From NCBI GenBank assembly GCA_903844815.1, contig CAIMVD010000309.1, positions 2,504 to 66,503 on the forward strand: DNA of 64,000 nucleotides, given 5' to 3'. The stretch comes from an uncultured Bacteroidota bacterium (GTDB lineage Bacteria; Bacteroidota; Bacteroidia; Bacteroidales; VadinHA17). Below the pieces are notes generated by a model. It was given only the letters and a program-made list of their open reading frames with translations. It ran no database searches and was not told where the DNA came from. Numbering within the stretch: the stretch's first letter is position 1; each line of letters begins with the position of its first letter. Shown here one piece after another: positions 11,721 through 21,094 of this stretch. The translations under genes were made by a program, and so were the position numbers.

Positions 11721-12869
11721 TTATAATTCATCAGAAAATACAGCCTTTGCAAGGTTTCTGAGGTTATACCGCGACGCCATGACTTCACCGTATGCACCGG
11801 CAGAACGGATGGCAATCAGATCGCCTCTGTGTGTCTCTGGCAATTCAATGTATTTCCCGAAGGTATCTGATGATTCACAAATCGGACCCACCACATCATA
11901 CCTGTAAATATTTCCGTTCGACGTCAGGTTTTCAATCTTATGATATGCCTGATATAATGCAGGGCGTATCAGGTCGGTCATTCCTGCATCTATTATTGCA
12001 AACAGCGTCTGGCTCCCGTTCTTAATGTAAAGAACCCTTGAAATGAGGCTGCCGCATTGTCCGACTACCGAACGTCCCGGTTCCATATGAAGTGTCTGAC
12101 CTGGTCTCAGGTCGATCAACTCGTTTATAAGGGAGAAGTAATCTCCGAAAGCGGGGTTCTTTTCAGGATTTTCATAATCGATTCCGAAGCCTCCTCCCAC
12201 ATTTACTATGTCGAGACTTACTCCATGCGTAATAAACCATTCCTGAAGCTCATTTATACGGGTGCAGAGGCTCTTGAAAACCGACATCCTTGTTATCTGC
12301 GATCCAATATGAAAATGCATGCCCGCCAGTCTGATGTTTTTAAAGCCCGACATCTTCCTCAGCACCTCTTCAAGCTCCCAGGTATTTATTCCGAATTTGC
12401 TTTCTTCAATTCCTGTTGTTATGTATTTGTGTGTATGAGCCTCGATATAGGGGTTTATTCTCAGAGCGATGACTGCTGTTTTATTTTGTTTCGACGCCAG
12501 TTCGTTAATAACTTCAATCTCGGGTATAGATTCGCAGTTGAAGCAGAAGATGTCAGCTTTAAGGGCTGATTCAATCTCCCTGTCGGTTTTTCCGACACCC
12601 GCAAATACGATTTCCGAAGGATTGAAACCAGCCTCGAGGGCAGCTGCTATTTCATTATAGCTTACGCAGTCGGCACCAAATCCATATGATGAAATGATCT
12701 TCAGCAAACGGGGATTGAAGTTTGCCTTTACTGCATAATGAATCTTGTATCCTGAGTTATCTGACTCTTTTTTCAGGACATCTAGAGTTGATTTTAAGAC
12801 CTCAACATCGTAGTAGTAAAACGGAGTTTCAATTTCCCTGAATTTTTCTAATATATTAGTGCTGATCAT
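11721..12869 (-). CDS. lysA: diaminopimelate decarboxylase
   Basis: HYAVKAN PLP lysine, HFHIGSQ, EPGRS, GPICESSD, GAYG. Confidence 0.96.
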   Translation of the reverse strand: MISTNILEKFREIETPFYYYDVEVLKSTLDVLKKESDNSGYKIHYAVKANFNPRLLKIISSYGFGADCVSYNEIAAALEAGFNPSEIVFAGVGKTDREIESALKADIFCFNCESIPEIEVINELASKQNKTAVIALRINPYIEAHTHKYITTGIEESKFGINTWELEEVLRKMSGFKNIRLAGMHFHIGSQITRMSVFKSLCTRINELQEWFITHGVSLDIVNVGGGFGIDYENPEKNPAFGDYFSLINELIDLRPGQTLHMEPGRSVVGQCGSLISRVLYIKNGSQTLFAIIDAGMTDLIRPALYQAYHKIENLTSNGNIYRYDVVGPICESSDTFGKYIELPETHRGDLIAIRSAGAYGEVMASRYNLRNLAKAVFSDEL

Positions 12870-12874
12870 CTTTT

Positions 12875-14185
12875 TTAAAATAGGTGTTTGCTGAGCAGAT
12901 TCAGGGCTTTTGTCTTATCCGAAGTATCAATCAGGAGGGAAAGGCTGTTCTGGCTTCCTCCGTAAGAAATCATTTTTAGCGGAATTGTGTTAAGTGCTTC
13001 GAATATTTCCGGCGCCGACCCGGTGCGTTCAGTTCGGAAATCGCCAACCACGCATAATATTGACTGGTTTTGTTCAACATCAACGGTTCCAAGTTCCTTA
13101 AGGTCCTTTGCTATCTGATCGATGAATTCGGAATTGTCAATAGTTATTGAGACTGAAACTTCCGAAGTTGTTATCATATCAATAGGAGTTCGGTAGGCTT
13201 CAAAGATCTCGAATACCTTCCTGAGAAAACCATAGGCCATCAGCATCCTGTCGGATCTGATCCTCAGGACTGAAATGTTGTCTTTTGCAGCCACGGCTTT
13301 ATAATCGGCAAGGTTAGACGCTGAAGTGATAAGAGTACCTGCATCCTCAGGTTCCATTGTGTTCTTAAGCCTTACCGGGATGTTGCTTTCCTTTGCAGGA
13401 TTAACGCTCGACGGATGAAGTATTTTTGCTCCGAAATAGGCAAGTTCCGCCGCTTCATCGAATGAAAGTTCCCTGATAACTTTTGTATCCTCAACAAATC
13501 TTGGATCGTTATTATGGAAACCGTTGATGTCGGTCCATATCTGAATCTCACTTGCATTTACCGCTGCACCAATCAGAGAAGCTGAAAAATCGCTTCCTCC
13601 GCGCTTAAGATTGTCCACTTCCCCATAAGCGTTCCTGCAGATAAACCCCTGGGTGATTATTATCTTTTCCGATTTGTAGTTCTCCAGTTCCCTGTTAATG
13701 TTTTCCTTGATATAGAATGAATCAGGTTCTCCATCCTTGTCAATCCTCATAAAGCTTAGTGCAGGCAGCAAGGCTGATTCAATACCTCTTTCCTGAAGAA
13801 GAAGATGAAACAAGGTAGTTGACATCAGTTCGCCCTGAGAAAGGATTGCTTTTTCCTGAAGTTTTGTAAAAACCCTTAGGGTAAAATTTCTGATATAGTC
13901 AAAGTGGGAATCAATCATTTCATGGCCCGCAATCTTTTGTTCAGCCGTGGCGTACAGTTCCTCAACCACGCTGAAATATTTTTCGCTTAATTCATCAATT
14001 TTCTTTGATGCCCCGTTAATATTGTCCGCATAAAGCAGATCAGCAATTTCAACAAGGCTGTTGGTGGTTCCCGACATAGCCGACAAAACGATGATCTTGT
14101 CTTCGTCATCACTTATTAAAGGAATCAGTGCCCTCATCCTGTCAGGACTTCCTACCGAGGTCCCTCCGAATTTCATTATTTTCAT
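12875..14185 (-). CDS. lysC: aspartate kinase
   Basis: MKFGGTSVG, RGGSDFSA, ELAYFGAKILHP, C-terminal ACT domains. Confidence 0.95.
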   Translation of the reverse strand: MKIMKFGGTSVGSPDRMRALIPLISDDEDKIIVLSAMSGTTNSLVEIADLLYADNINGASKKIDELSEKYFSVVEELYATAEQKIAGHEMIDSHFDYIRNFTLRVFTKLQEKAILSQGELMSTTLFHLLLQERGIESALLPALSFMRIDKDGEPDSFYIKENINRELENYKSEKIIITQGFICRNAYGEVDNLKRGGSDFSASLIGAAVNASEIQIWTDINGFHNNDPRFVEDTKVIRELSFDEAAELAYFGAKILHPSSVNPAKESNIPVRLKNTMEPEDAGTLITSASNLADYKAVAAKDNISVLRIRSDRMLMAYGFLRKVFEIFEAYRTPIDMITTSEVSVSITIDNSEFIDQIAKDLKELGTVDVEQNQSILCVVGDFRTERTGSAPEIFEALNTIPLKMISYGGSQNSLSLLIDTSDKTKALNLLSKHLF

Positions 14186-14198
14186 ATCGTAGTGTTTG

Positions 14199-14227
14199 AA
14201 ATAAAAAAACCTGCGTTTTTGCAGGTC
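14199..14227 (-). terminator. intrinsic terminator in the lysC 5' leader (attenuator)
   Basis: Minus strand ACCTGC-AAAAAC-GCAGGT followed by TTTTTTATTT, ~14 nt before the lysC ATG. Confidence 0.8.
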
Positions 14228-14247
14228 TGTTTATCATTTGTCTTCCT

Positions 14248-14322
14248 TCAAATGGAAAAAAATGCAGACCCGTAAGCCGGATGCTTAGTTAAAAACCTCT
14301 GTTTTTTTATTTTGTTATTCAT
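14248..14322 (-). CDS. putative Lys-rich leader peptide MNNKIKKQRFLTKHPAYGSAFFSI
   Basis: 24-codon ORF between a TATTTTTG -7 box (14343-14350) and the leader terminator; 4 Lys codons in the first 13. Confidence 0.65.
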   Translation of the reverse strand: MNNKIKKQRFLTKHPAYGSAFFSI

Positions 14323-14567
14323 ATAATTTAGAAATCAGAGTGCAAAAATAAACTTTTAATCAATATATAGTATTTAATTGGTATATTTTTTACAATAATG
14401 TGATTTATTTAATGGTTGAAACAGAAACAGTGTAAAATGAAGAAGATTTTTTTTTGAAGTATAATCAACTTTGCTGTTTCCGGTCTTATTTGTTTTGGAA
14501 AGAGAAATAAGGACCATATCAATCTGGATTTTTTTCGTCAACAATATTTTTTATTCAATATTTTTTA

Positions 14568-14575
14568 TATTTTTG
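14568..14575 (+). promoter_or_regulatory. Bacteroidota sigma-A -7 box for the tRNA-Leu pair
   Basis: TATTTTTG matches TAnnTTTG, 40 nt upstream of the first tRNA. Confidence 0.6.
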
Positions 14576-14614
14576 CACCCGCTGAGAGACTATTGCAGCA
14601 GGTTCTTTAAGTAA

Positions 14615-14698
14615 GCCCAGATGGCGAAATTGGTAGACGCGCTAGTTTCAGGGACTAGTGTCAGCAATGATGTGCAGGTTCGAGTCCTGTTCTGGGCA
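14615..14698 (+). tRNA. tRNA-Leu (anticodon CAG)
   Basis: Acceptor GCCCAGA/TCTGGGC, D-loop TGGTA, anticodon arm CTAGT-TTCAGGG-ACTAG, long variable arm, GTTCGA T-loop. Confidence 0.96.
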
Positions 14699-14781
14699 CG
14701 TCTCAAGAAAAAAGACAAAAGTAAAAAGACAAAAGTCCTTTTATCTTTTTACCTTTATCTTTTATCTTTTATCCGGTCTTT

Positions 14782-14865
14782 GCCCAGGTGGTGAAATTGG
14801 TAGACACGCCAGCTTGAGGGGCTGGTGCCGGTTACGGTGTGCAAGTTCGAGTCTTGTTCTGGGCA
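14782..14865 (+). tRNA. tRNA-Leu (anticodon GAG)
   Basis: Acceptor GCCCAGG/TCTGGGC, anticodon arm CCAGC-TTGAGGG-GCTGG, long variable arm, GTTCGA T-loop. Confidence 0.96.
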
Positions 14866-14866
14866 C

Positions 14867-14900
14867 AAAAGCCAGGTTGTGAAAACAATCTGGCTTTTTT
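14867..14900. terminator. bidirectional intrinsic terminator after the tRNAs
   Basis: aaaagccaggttgt-gaaa-acaatctggctttttt. Confidence 0.85.
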
Positions 14901-14945
14901 CATTTAATGCTCCCATCGTTCAAGAGTAACTTATTCCCGCCCTCC

Positions 14946-17894
14946 TTACTTTTCAATGGCATCATATATCCCCTGCAGTATCCTGGTCCTTATGTTGAGA
15001 TCGGAAACAATGTTGTTATTGCGGGTTGGATAAACCCTGTTGCACAGAAATACATAGGAGATCTCTGAATCAGGATCGACCCAAACAAATGTTCCTGTAT
15101 ATCCCGAATGGCCGAAGCTTGTTGGGGAAGCCCCGATACAGGGATAGCTGGCTTCCGGCTTCACTGTCTTGTTATCCAGCAGCGGCTTGTCGAAACCCAG
15201 GCCCCGTCGGTTGTTGTTGCCGGGAAACTGAACCTTCGTGTATTCTTTTAATATATCTGAACTGATGATCTGCTGGCCGGCATAATTTCCCATCCTCCGG
15301 TAGAGCTCCATGAGCTTCATCAGATCGTTACCGGTTGCAAACAGCCCGGCATGACCCGAGATTCCTCCCAGCATGGCTGCACCTTCGTCGTGAACGGTGC
15401 CGCGAAGCTGCTGCTTCCTGAAGAGAGAGTCATACTCGGTGGGGATAATCCTGTCAGAAGGATACTTCTGCCATGGGTTATATGTTATATCCGAAGCACC
15501 GATCTTCTGCCAGATATTCTCACTGACAAATTCCTGCCACTTTTCACCCGTTATCCTGCCAATTATCTCCGGAGCTATGATGAAGGTAAGGTCAGAATAT
15601 ACATATTTCTTCTCGCCAATCTTGCTCTTCATGATCTCCGAGAACATCTTCTTCTTATAGTTTCTGTTGATGAACAGTCCCGGAGCAACTTCATAAGGGT
15701 ATTTTTCCGACCACCCCGTTCTGTATATCTTTTTTTTGTAGCTTCCATCCTCATTCATTGTCTCTTTCCAGAACTGGATAAACGGAGTAAGTCCTGCCTG
15801 GTGTGTCAGCAGGTCGCGTAGTCCGATCTTTCCTTTATCCGACTTGTTGAACTCCGGCAGATAGCTTCCTATTGTGGCATCGGGTGAGAATCTTCCCTGG
15901 CTGTTAAGGAGCATAAGTCCGGGCAGTGCAGCTGAGATCTTTGTCACCGAGGCAAGGTCGAAGAGGTCGTCGCTTCCCACAGCCACCTTCTTATCATAGG
16001 TCTGATAACCATAAGTTTTGGTTAACACTACAACACCTTTCCGGGCAATTAAGACTTCGCACCCGGGGAAGGCGCCTGCTGCAAGTGCCTCGTTAACTAT
16101 AGCATCAGTTCCTGCAAGAAGTTTTTCAGATGATAGTCCTGCACTCTCGGGAAAACCGTACTGAACCCTCAGGCCTCCTTCGGTCTGAATTCCAAATCCT
16201 GATTTTAACCCGGAATTGATAGTTACGGGAAGAGTTCCCTTTGCACCTATTGCGCCAAAGATCAGCTGTGCCGACAGATCCTCCGTGAAGTCATTTAGCT
16301 GGTATGGGAGAAGAAGTCCTGATGATTTTTCAAGAGCCGGGAGTTTGGCTATTGCATATGGATTTCCGAAATAGGTTATTATACATTTTCCGCCGGAATT
16401 GAGCTTACCTATGAGTTCGTTAAGCCCCTCCTGAATGCCGAAGTTTCGTGTAGGCCTCTGATCGGTATCGAAAACCCCTGCAATAACAAGATCGTATCCT
16501 GACAGCTTCTTGAGTGTAGCTGCTGTCTTTTTACTTCCTATTGAATCGATGAAAAAGTGATCGGCCTTCACATAATCGGCAATCCTTTTCTGGAAGAGGG
16601 AAAGATCATTGCTGTTTATAGCCAGGGTTGCAATCTTCATACCTTCGGTCTGCTTCACGGGAATCACTTGTTTCTCATTTCGCAGGAGGGTTATTGCACT
16701 GGCATAGAGTTCGCGGATAAGTGCGAGTGACTTACCTGATGTGAGTGCAGCGGGAAACCCGTTGGGGGAGAGACTGTCGGCACGGAAGGCACCGGTCCAG
16801 TATTTTGCCGCGAGAACCTTCCTGCATTTTTCATTCACCGATTCAGGTGTAATCTCATTTTTGCCAATCTTATCCATTATTGTATTGATAGCTTTTTCCG
16901 GATCCTGAACATATTCAAGCACATCCAATCCGGCAGCGAGGGCGGCTGCTTCGGCCTCACCAGGCTGTTTCGCCTTTGTGAGTCCCTGCATGTTCATTGC
17001 ATCGGAAAATACAAGTCCACTGAAACCCAGTTCGTTTTTAAGAAGGCCTGTAATAATAGTATGTGAAAGGGTTGTAGGCATATTCTTTTCTGGATCAAGG
17101 GCAGGTATGCTCAGGTGGCCTGGCATTACACCGCTGATTCCTGCAGCTATCAGACTCCTGAATGGTGCAAGTTCTACTGAGTCGAGCCGTGCGCGATCGT
17201 GGGTTATAACAGGCATGTCATAATGTGAATCTGTTCCCGTGTCGCCGTGCCCGGGGAAGTGTTTGGCAACAGCCATTACCTGTTTATCCTGCATTCCCTT
17301 CATATACATTAAAGCCTTTTTACTCACCTTTGATGGATTCTCGCCAAAGGAACGGTAATTTATCACCGGGTTTTCTGCATTGTTATTGACATCAGCGTCG
17401 GGAGCCAGATTGATGAATATTCCGGCTTTTCTGAATTGTTCGCCGACTGATTGTCCCATCCTGTATATCAGCGAGTCGTCGGCGATTGCTCCGAGTGTCA
17501 TCTGAAAAGGATATCTGGTCACGCCTTCGAGTCGCATTCCAAGGCCCCACTCTCCATCCATTGCATAAATCAGTGGTACCTTAGTAACATTCCTGAACCA
17601 GTTCATCATCTCTGTCTCCTTAACCGATTTGTCCTGGAAGAAGACCACGCCTCCAACCTGGTTCTTTTCGATCATGCTGCTAAGCCTTACATCATACCCT
17701 GTTTCACGGTTTGAATAGGCCGGCACCCAGATCAGCTGGGCAACCTTTTCCCTGAGGGTAAGGCTGTTCATCACCGAATCGACCCAGGGGTGGTTCATAT
17801 ATTTGAGGAAGGGGGGGGCCTGCTGAGCAGTGGCAAGTGCGGGAAAAAGAATTGCAAGTGAAAGAATCAGATTCCTGATGTGTCCGGGGTTCAT
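14946..17894 (-). CDS. secreted GH3 beta-N-acetylglucosaminidase fused to a beta-lactamase-like serine hydrolase
   Basis: Signal peptide; GH3 KHFPGHGD and SDAMNM; C-terminal ASVTK (SxxK), YSD, GHSGYTGT; -7 box TAACTTTG at 17932-17939. Confidence 0.92.
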   Translation of the reverse strand: MNPGHIRNLILSLAILFPALATAQQAPPFLKYMNHPWVDSVMNSLTLREKVAQLIWVPAYSNRETGYDVRLSSMIEKNQVGGVVFFQDKSVKETEMMNWFRNVTKVPLIYAMDGEWGLGMRLEGVTRYPFQMTLGAIADDSLIYRMGQSVGEQFRKAGIFINLAPDADVNNNAENPVINYRSFGENPSKVSKKALMYMKGMQDKQVMAVAKHFPGHGDTGTDSHYDMPVITHDRARLDSVELAPFRSLIAAGISGVMPGHLSIPALDPEKNMPTTLSHTIITGLLKNELGFSGLVFSDAMNMQGLTKAKQPGEAEAAALAAGLDVLEYVQDPEKAINTIMDKIGKNEITPESVNEKCRKVLAAKYWTGAFRADSLSPNGFPAALTSGKSLALIRELYASAITLLRNEKQVIPVKQTEGMKIATLAINSNDLSLFQKRIADYVKADHFFIDSIGSKKTAATLKKLSGYDLVIAGVFDTDQRPTRNFGIQEGLNELIGKLNSGGKCIITYFGNPYAIAKLPALEKSSGLLLPYQLNDFTEDLSAQLIFGAIGAKGTLPVTINSGLKSGFGIQTEGGLRVQYGFPESAGLSSEKLLAGTDAIVNEALAAGAFPGCEVLIARKGVVVLTKTYGYQTYDKKVAVGSDDLFDLASVTKISAALPGLMLLNSQGRFSPDATIGSYLPEFNKSDKGKIGLRDLLTHQAGLTPFIQFWKETMNEDGSYKKKIYRTGWSEKYPYEVAPGLFINRNYKKKMFSEIMKSKIGEKKYVYSDLTFIIAPEIIGRITGEKWQEFVSENIWQKIGASDITYNPWQKYPSDRIIPTEYDSLFRKQQLRGTVHDEGAAMLGGISGHAGLFATGNDLMKLMELYRRMGNYAGQQIISSDILKEYTKVQFPGNNNRRGLGFDKPLLDNKTVKPEASYPCIGASPTSFGHSGYTGTFVWVDPDSEISYVFLCNRVYPTRNNNIVSDLNIRTRILQGIYDAIEK

Positions 17895-17950
17895 ATTGAA
17901 TAGAATGAGTTTGTTTTATTATACTGGTTCTCAAAGTTAAGGACTTCGGT

Positions 17951-18796
17951 TTATTTCCCGTTCATGCTTTTATAATACTCAAGTGCCTTCTTCACCGATC
18001 CGTGTTCCAGGAGCAAGGTTCTCGCAGCATCCCGCTGAATTCCCAGCTCATCGACGATCATCCTTGTTCCGCGCTCGATCAGTTTCCTGTTTGTAAGCTG
18101 CATGTTGATCATCCTGTTACCCTTTACTCTTCCCAGTTTGATCATTACAGTTGTTGTGATCATGTTCAGTACCAGCTTTTGTGCTGTCCCTGCCTTCATA
18201 CGTGAACTTCCTGTTACAAATTCCGGTCCTACAACAACAATAATCGGGCATTCAGCGACTTCTGCAAGCATACTCTCGGGATTGCAGGTGATACACCCGG
18301 TGAGGAGGCCATTTTCCCTTGCTTTTGCCAGACCGCCAACAACATAGGGTGTCGATCCCGAAGCTGCTATGCCTATGACAATGTCGTTATTATCGACATT
18401 GAATACAAGGAGTTCCTTCCATGCCATCTCGGTATCATCCTCTGCAGCCTCCACAGCACTCCGGAGAGCCTTATCGCCTCCGGCTATCAGTCCTATAACC
18501 CGTGCTGATGATACGCCGAAGGTAGGAGGGATCTCTGAAGCATCAAGGACTCCCAGTCGTCCGCTGGTCCCTGCCCCGAGATAAAAGATACGGCCTCCTT
18601 CCTTCATCCTGGTTACAATCCTGGTGACAAGATCTTCAATTTGGGGCAGGGCCTTTTCCACCGCAACAGGAACCGTTGTGTCTTCATGGTTAATGTTTGT
18701 CAGAAGCTCTTTTACCGACATCATCTCAAGATTATCGAAGTTCGAGGATGCCTCGGTAATGCTTAAATTTTTTACGTTTTCTTTCTTTTCGGTCAT
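17951..18796 (-). CDS. murQ: N-acetylmuramic acid 6-phosphate etherase
   Basis: GAGTSGRLGVLDASE, GPEFVTGSSRMKAGTAQKLVLNM; start taken at MTEKK. Confidence 0.96.
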   Translation of the reverse strand: MTEKKENVKNLSITEASSNFDNLEMMSVKELLTNINHEDTTVPVAVEKALPQIEDLVTRIVTRMKEGGRIFYLGAGTSGRLGVLDASEIPPTFGVSSARVIGLIAGGDKALRSAVEAAEDDTEMAWKELLVFNVDNNDIVIGIAASGSTPYVVGGLAKARENGLLTGCITCNPESMLAEVAECPIIVVVGPEFVTGSSRMKAGTAQKLVLNMITTTVMIKLGRVKGNRMINMQLTNRKLIERGTRMIVDELGIQRDAARTLLLEHGSVKKALEYYKSMNGK

Positions 18797-18797
18797 G

Positions 18798-19643
18798 TCA
18801 GAAATTATTATTAGTATGGTAAATGACAAGGTTTTCCATCGGAGACTGGGTAATAGTACCCGGGTTAAGATTTTTTGCTTTAAGAGATTCTTCGAGGAAG
18901 GGTCTGAAATGCCAGGCGATACTTCCTGTAAAATGTACAGGCAGATCTTCAGCCTCAGGATATTGCAGTATGTTTCTGATTATGAATTCATCGAAACTTG
19001 AAGTGATAATAAATCGTAATTCTGGTACAGCGCTGTTTGATGACAGGAATCTGGCAAACTGTCCGAGAAATCTGTTCGGGAAGGGTTTCATGTAAACATT
19101 TTCGAGAATGTCGGCCGGAGACATTTTGTAGGTCTCAAAAAACCTTTCGATAACATCCTTAGGAACCTGTTTTTTGAGAACTCCGGAGACGAGTTTCCTT
19201 CCCAGAACTGCTGCTCCGCCTTCATCACCGAGGATATAGCCTAGCGGAGAAACATTTGCAGCAATTCGGGTCCCGTCAAAGTAACAGGAATTTGAACCGG
19301 TACCCATTATACATGCTATTCCGGGTTCGTCCTGGCACAATGCCCGCGCGGCTCCAAGAAGATCGCTGCCGATGAAGATTTCATCAGGTGAAAAAAACTT
19401 CTCAATGGCTCTTTTTACAATATTTTCCTTGATGGCACTGCTGCATCCGGTTCCGTAATAGATAACCTTCGAAAATGATTTTCCCGACAGAATGTTAAGC
19501 TCTTTTTCAAGAAGAATAAATATATCTTCACCCGAAAGGAAAAAAGGATTAATTCCCGAGGTGTAAAGAGATTCTCCTGCAGCACCATCTTCTATAACTC
19601 TCCATTCGGTCTTTGTCGAACCCCCGTCAGCTAGTAATATCAT
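18798..19643 (-). CDS. BadF/BadG-type N-acetylhexosamine (GlcNAc/MurNAc) kinase
   Basis: ADGGSTKTEW, GTGSNS, GYILGDEGG, FTGSIA; directly upstream of murQ. Confidence 0.85.
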   Translation of the reverse strand: MILLADGGSTKTEWRVIEDGAAGESLYTSGINPFFLSGEDIFILLEKELNILSGKSFSKVIYYGTGCSSAIKENIVKRAIEKFFSPDEIFIGSDLLGAARALCQDEPGIACIMGTGSNSCYFDGTRIAANVSPLGYILGDEGGAAVLGRKLVSGVLKKQVPKDVIERFFETYKMSPADILENVYMKPFPNRFLGQFARFLSSNSAVPELRFIITSSFDEFIIRNILQYPEAEDLPVHFTGSIAWHFRPFLEESLKAKNLNPGTITQSPMENLVIYHTNNNF

Positions 19644-19849
19644 ATTCAAATCAGCATTTCATATTCTGAAGGTTTTCTTCCCTTCCCATCTGTTTTTTTT
19701 CTGAAGCGTGCATTCCGGTTAATAACCACAGCTTCTGAAACAAAAATAGTTATTAATTTCGGAGTCAGGAATCGTATCGGAAGAAAACAACGGTTGCCGC
19801 AAATTGGTTTTAATTGTTATTTTTACGTTTCTTTTTTTGATTCCTGGTT

Positions 19850-20959
19850 ATGGCAAAAAACGGCAGCAGATTGGTTTCTCTGGATATCTTCAGGGGCTTG
19901 ACAGTGGCATTCATGATTATTGTCAACACCCCCGGGAGCTGGACTTATGTATATTCACCCTTGCGTCATTCGGAATGGGATGGCTGTACTCTGGCCGACA
20001 TGGTTTTCCCATTTTTCCTGTTCATTGCCGGCGTTTCAATGTGGTATTCCCTTAAGAAATATAAACACATCTTTAACGGAGGCTCGCTTTTAAGGATTTC
20101 CAGGCGTGTTATTGCTGTTTTTGGCGTCGGTCTCTTCCTTGCGATTTTTCCATACTTTGGCAGGGATTATTCAACATTAAGGATAATGGGTGTCCTTCAG
20201 CGAATTGCCCTCGCCTATGCCCTGGCCTCGTTTATTTGCCTTTCGGTAAATCGTCAGTATTTGTGGATTGTTATTGCCGTATTACTTCTTTTGTATTGGG
20301 CGGCTCTTGTATTTTTTGGAGGTGCCGAGCCCTTCAGCCTTGAAGGTAATGCAGTGAAAAAAGCAGATCTGGCTTTGCTGGGCGCGAAACATATGTATAA
20401 AGGATTCGGAATTCCATTTGATCCGGAAGGTCTATTGAGCACTTTAACTGCTTCTGTTACAATGATTATAGGTTATTACTGTGGAGAGATTACGAGTAAG
20501 AAATCATCCTCCGGTGTCAATATCCTGAAGCTTTTCCTGATTGGTGTAGCTTCAACAGGACTAGGTCTTTTATGGGATATGGTTTTTCCAATAAATAAAC
20601 CAATATGGTCAAGTTCTTATGTCCTGTACACGGCAGGGCTGGCAATGATGATACTTTCATTGTTCTACCTTGTTGCTGATCATTTTAAATTTCAGAAATG
20701 GGCTACCGTCTTTACTATTCTTGGCACAAACGCGCTTTTCTCTTTTTTCCTCTCGGGCATATTGACAAGGATGCTAATATTCATTAAAATTCATTCAGGA
20801 AAAACAGTTATAACTCTTTATACCTGGATATTTGAGAAATTATGTGCACCAGTGGCCGGTAATTTCGGAGGCAGCCTGATGTTTTCAATAATAACACTTA
20901 TTATAATATGGTTAGTTGCCTTTTTCCTTCACAGGAAAAAAATCATGATAAGATTATAA
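19850..20959 (+). CDS. HGSNAT/NagX-like (DUF5009) membrane acyltransferase
   Basis: RLVSLDIFRG, ADMVFPFFLF, GVLQRIA, DPEGLLST, PINKPIWSSS. Confidence 0.88.
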   Translation: MAKNGSRLVSLDIFRGLTVAFMIIVNTPGSWTYVYSPLRHSEWDGCTLADMVFPFFLFIAGVSMWYSLKKYKHIFNGGSLLRISRRVIAVFGVGLFLAIFPYFGRDYSTLRIMGVLQRIALAYALASFICLSVNRQYLWIVIAVLLLLYWAALVFFGGAEPFSLEGNAVKKADLALLGAKHMYKGFGIPFDPEGLLSTLTASVTMIIGYYCGEITSKKSSSGVNILKLFLIGVASTGLGLLWDMVFPINKPIWSSSYVLYTAGLAMMILSLFYLVADHFKFQKWATVFTILGTNALFSFFLSGILTRMLIFIKIHSGKTVITLYTWIFEKLCAPVAGNFGGSLMFSIITLIIIWLVAFFLHRKKIMIRL

Positions 20960-21094
20960 TTAAATTTGTGTCCTTTCCGAAAAGTAAAAAAATGAAAATG
21001 CCACAAAGACGCCAGGGCACGAAGGCGCAAAAAATCTTTTTGCGTATGTCTTTGTGCCTTGGTTATAAAAAAAGTATAGATAAAAGAAGGATTA

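Noticed and set aside
14190-14350. Lysine riboswitch or T-box upstream of lysC
   Set aside because: The leader is only ~150 nt, AT-rich, and shows no recognisable riboswitch or T-box consensus; a leader-peptide attenuator fits better.
14615-14865. tRNA-Leu as an island integration site
   Set aside because: No duplicated tRNA 3' end or integrase seen; flanking genes are core.
14658-14882. 74-aa ORF in the ORF track
   Set aside because: Overlaps both tRNA-Leu genes; spurious.
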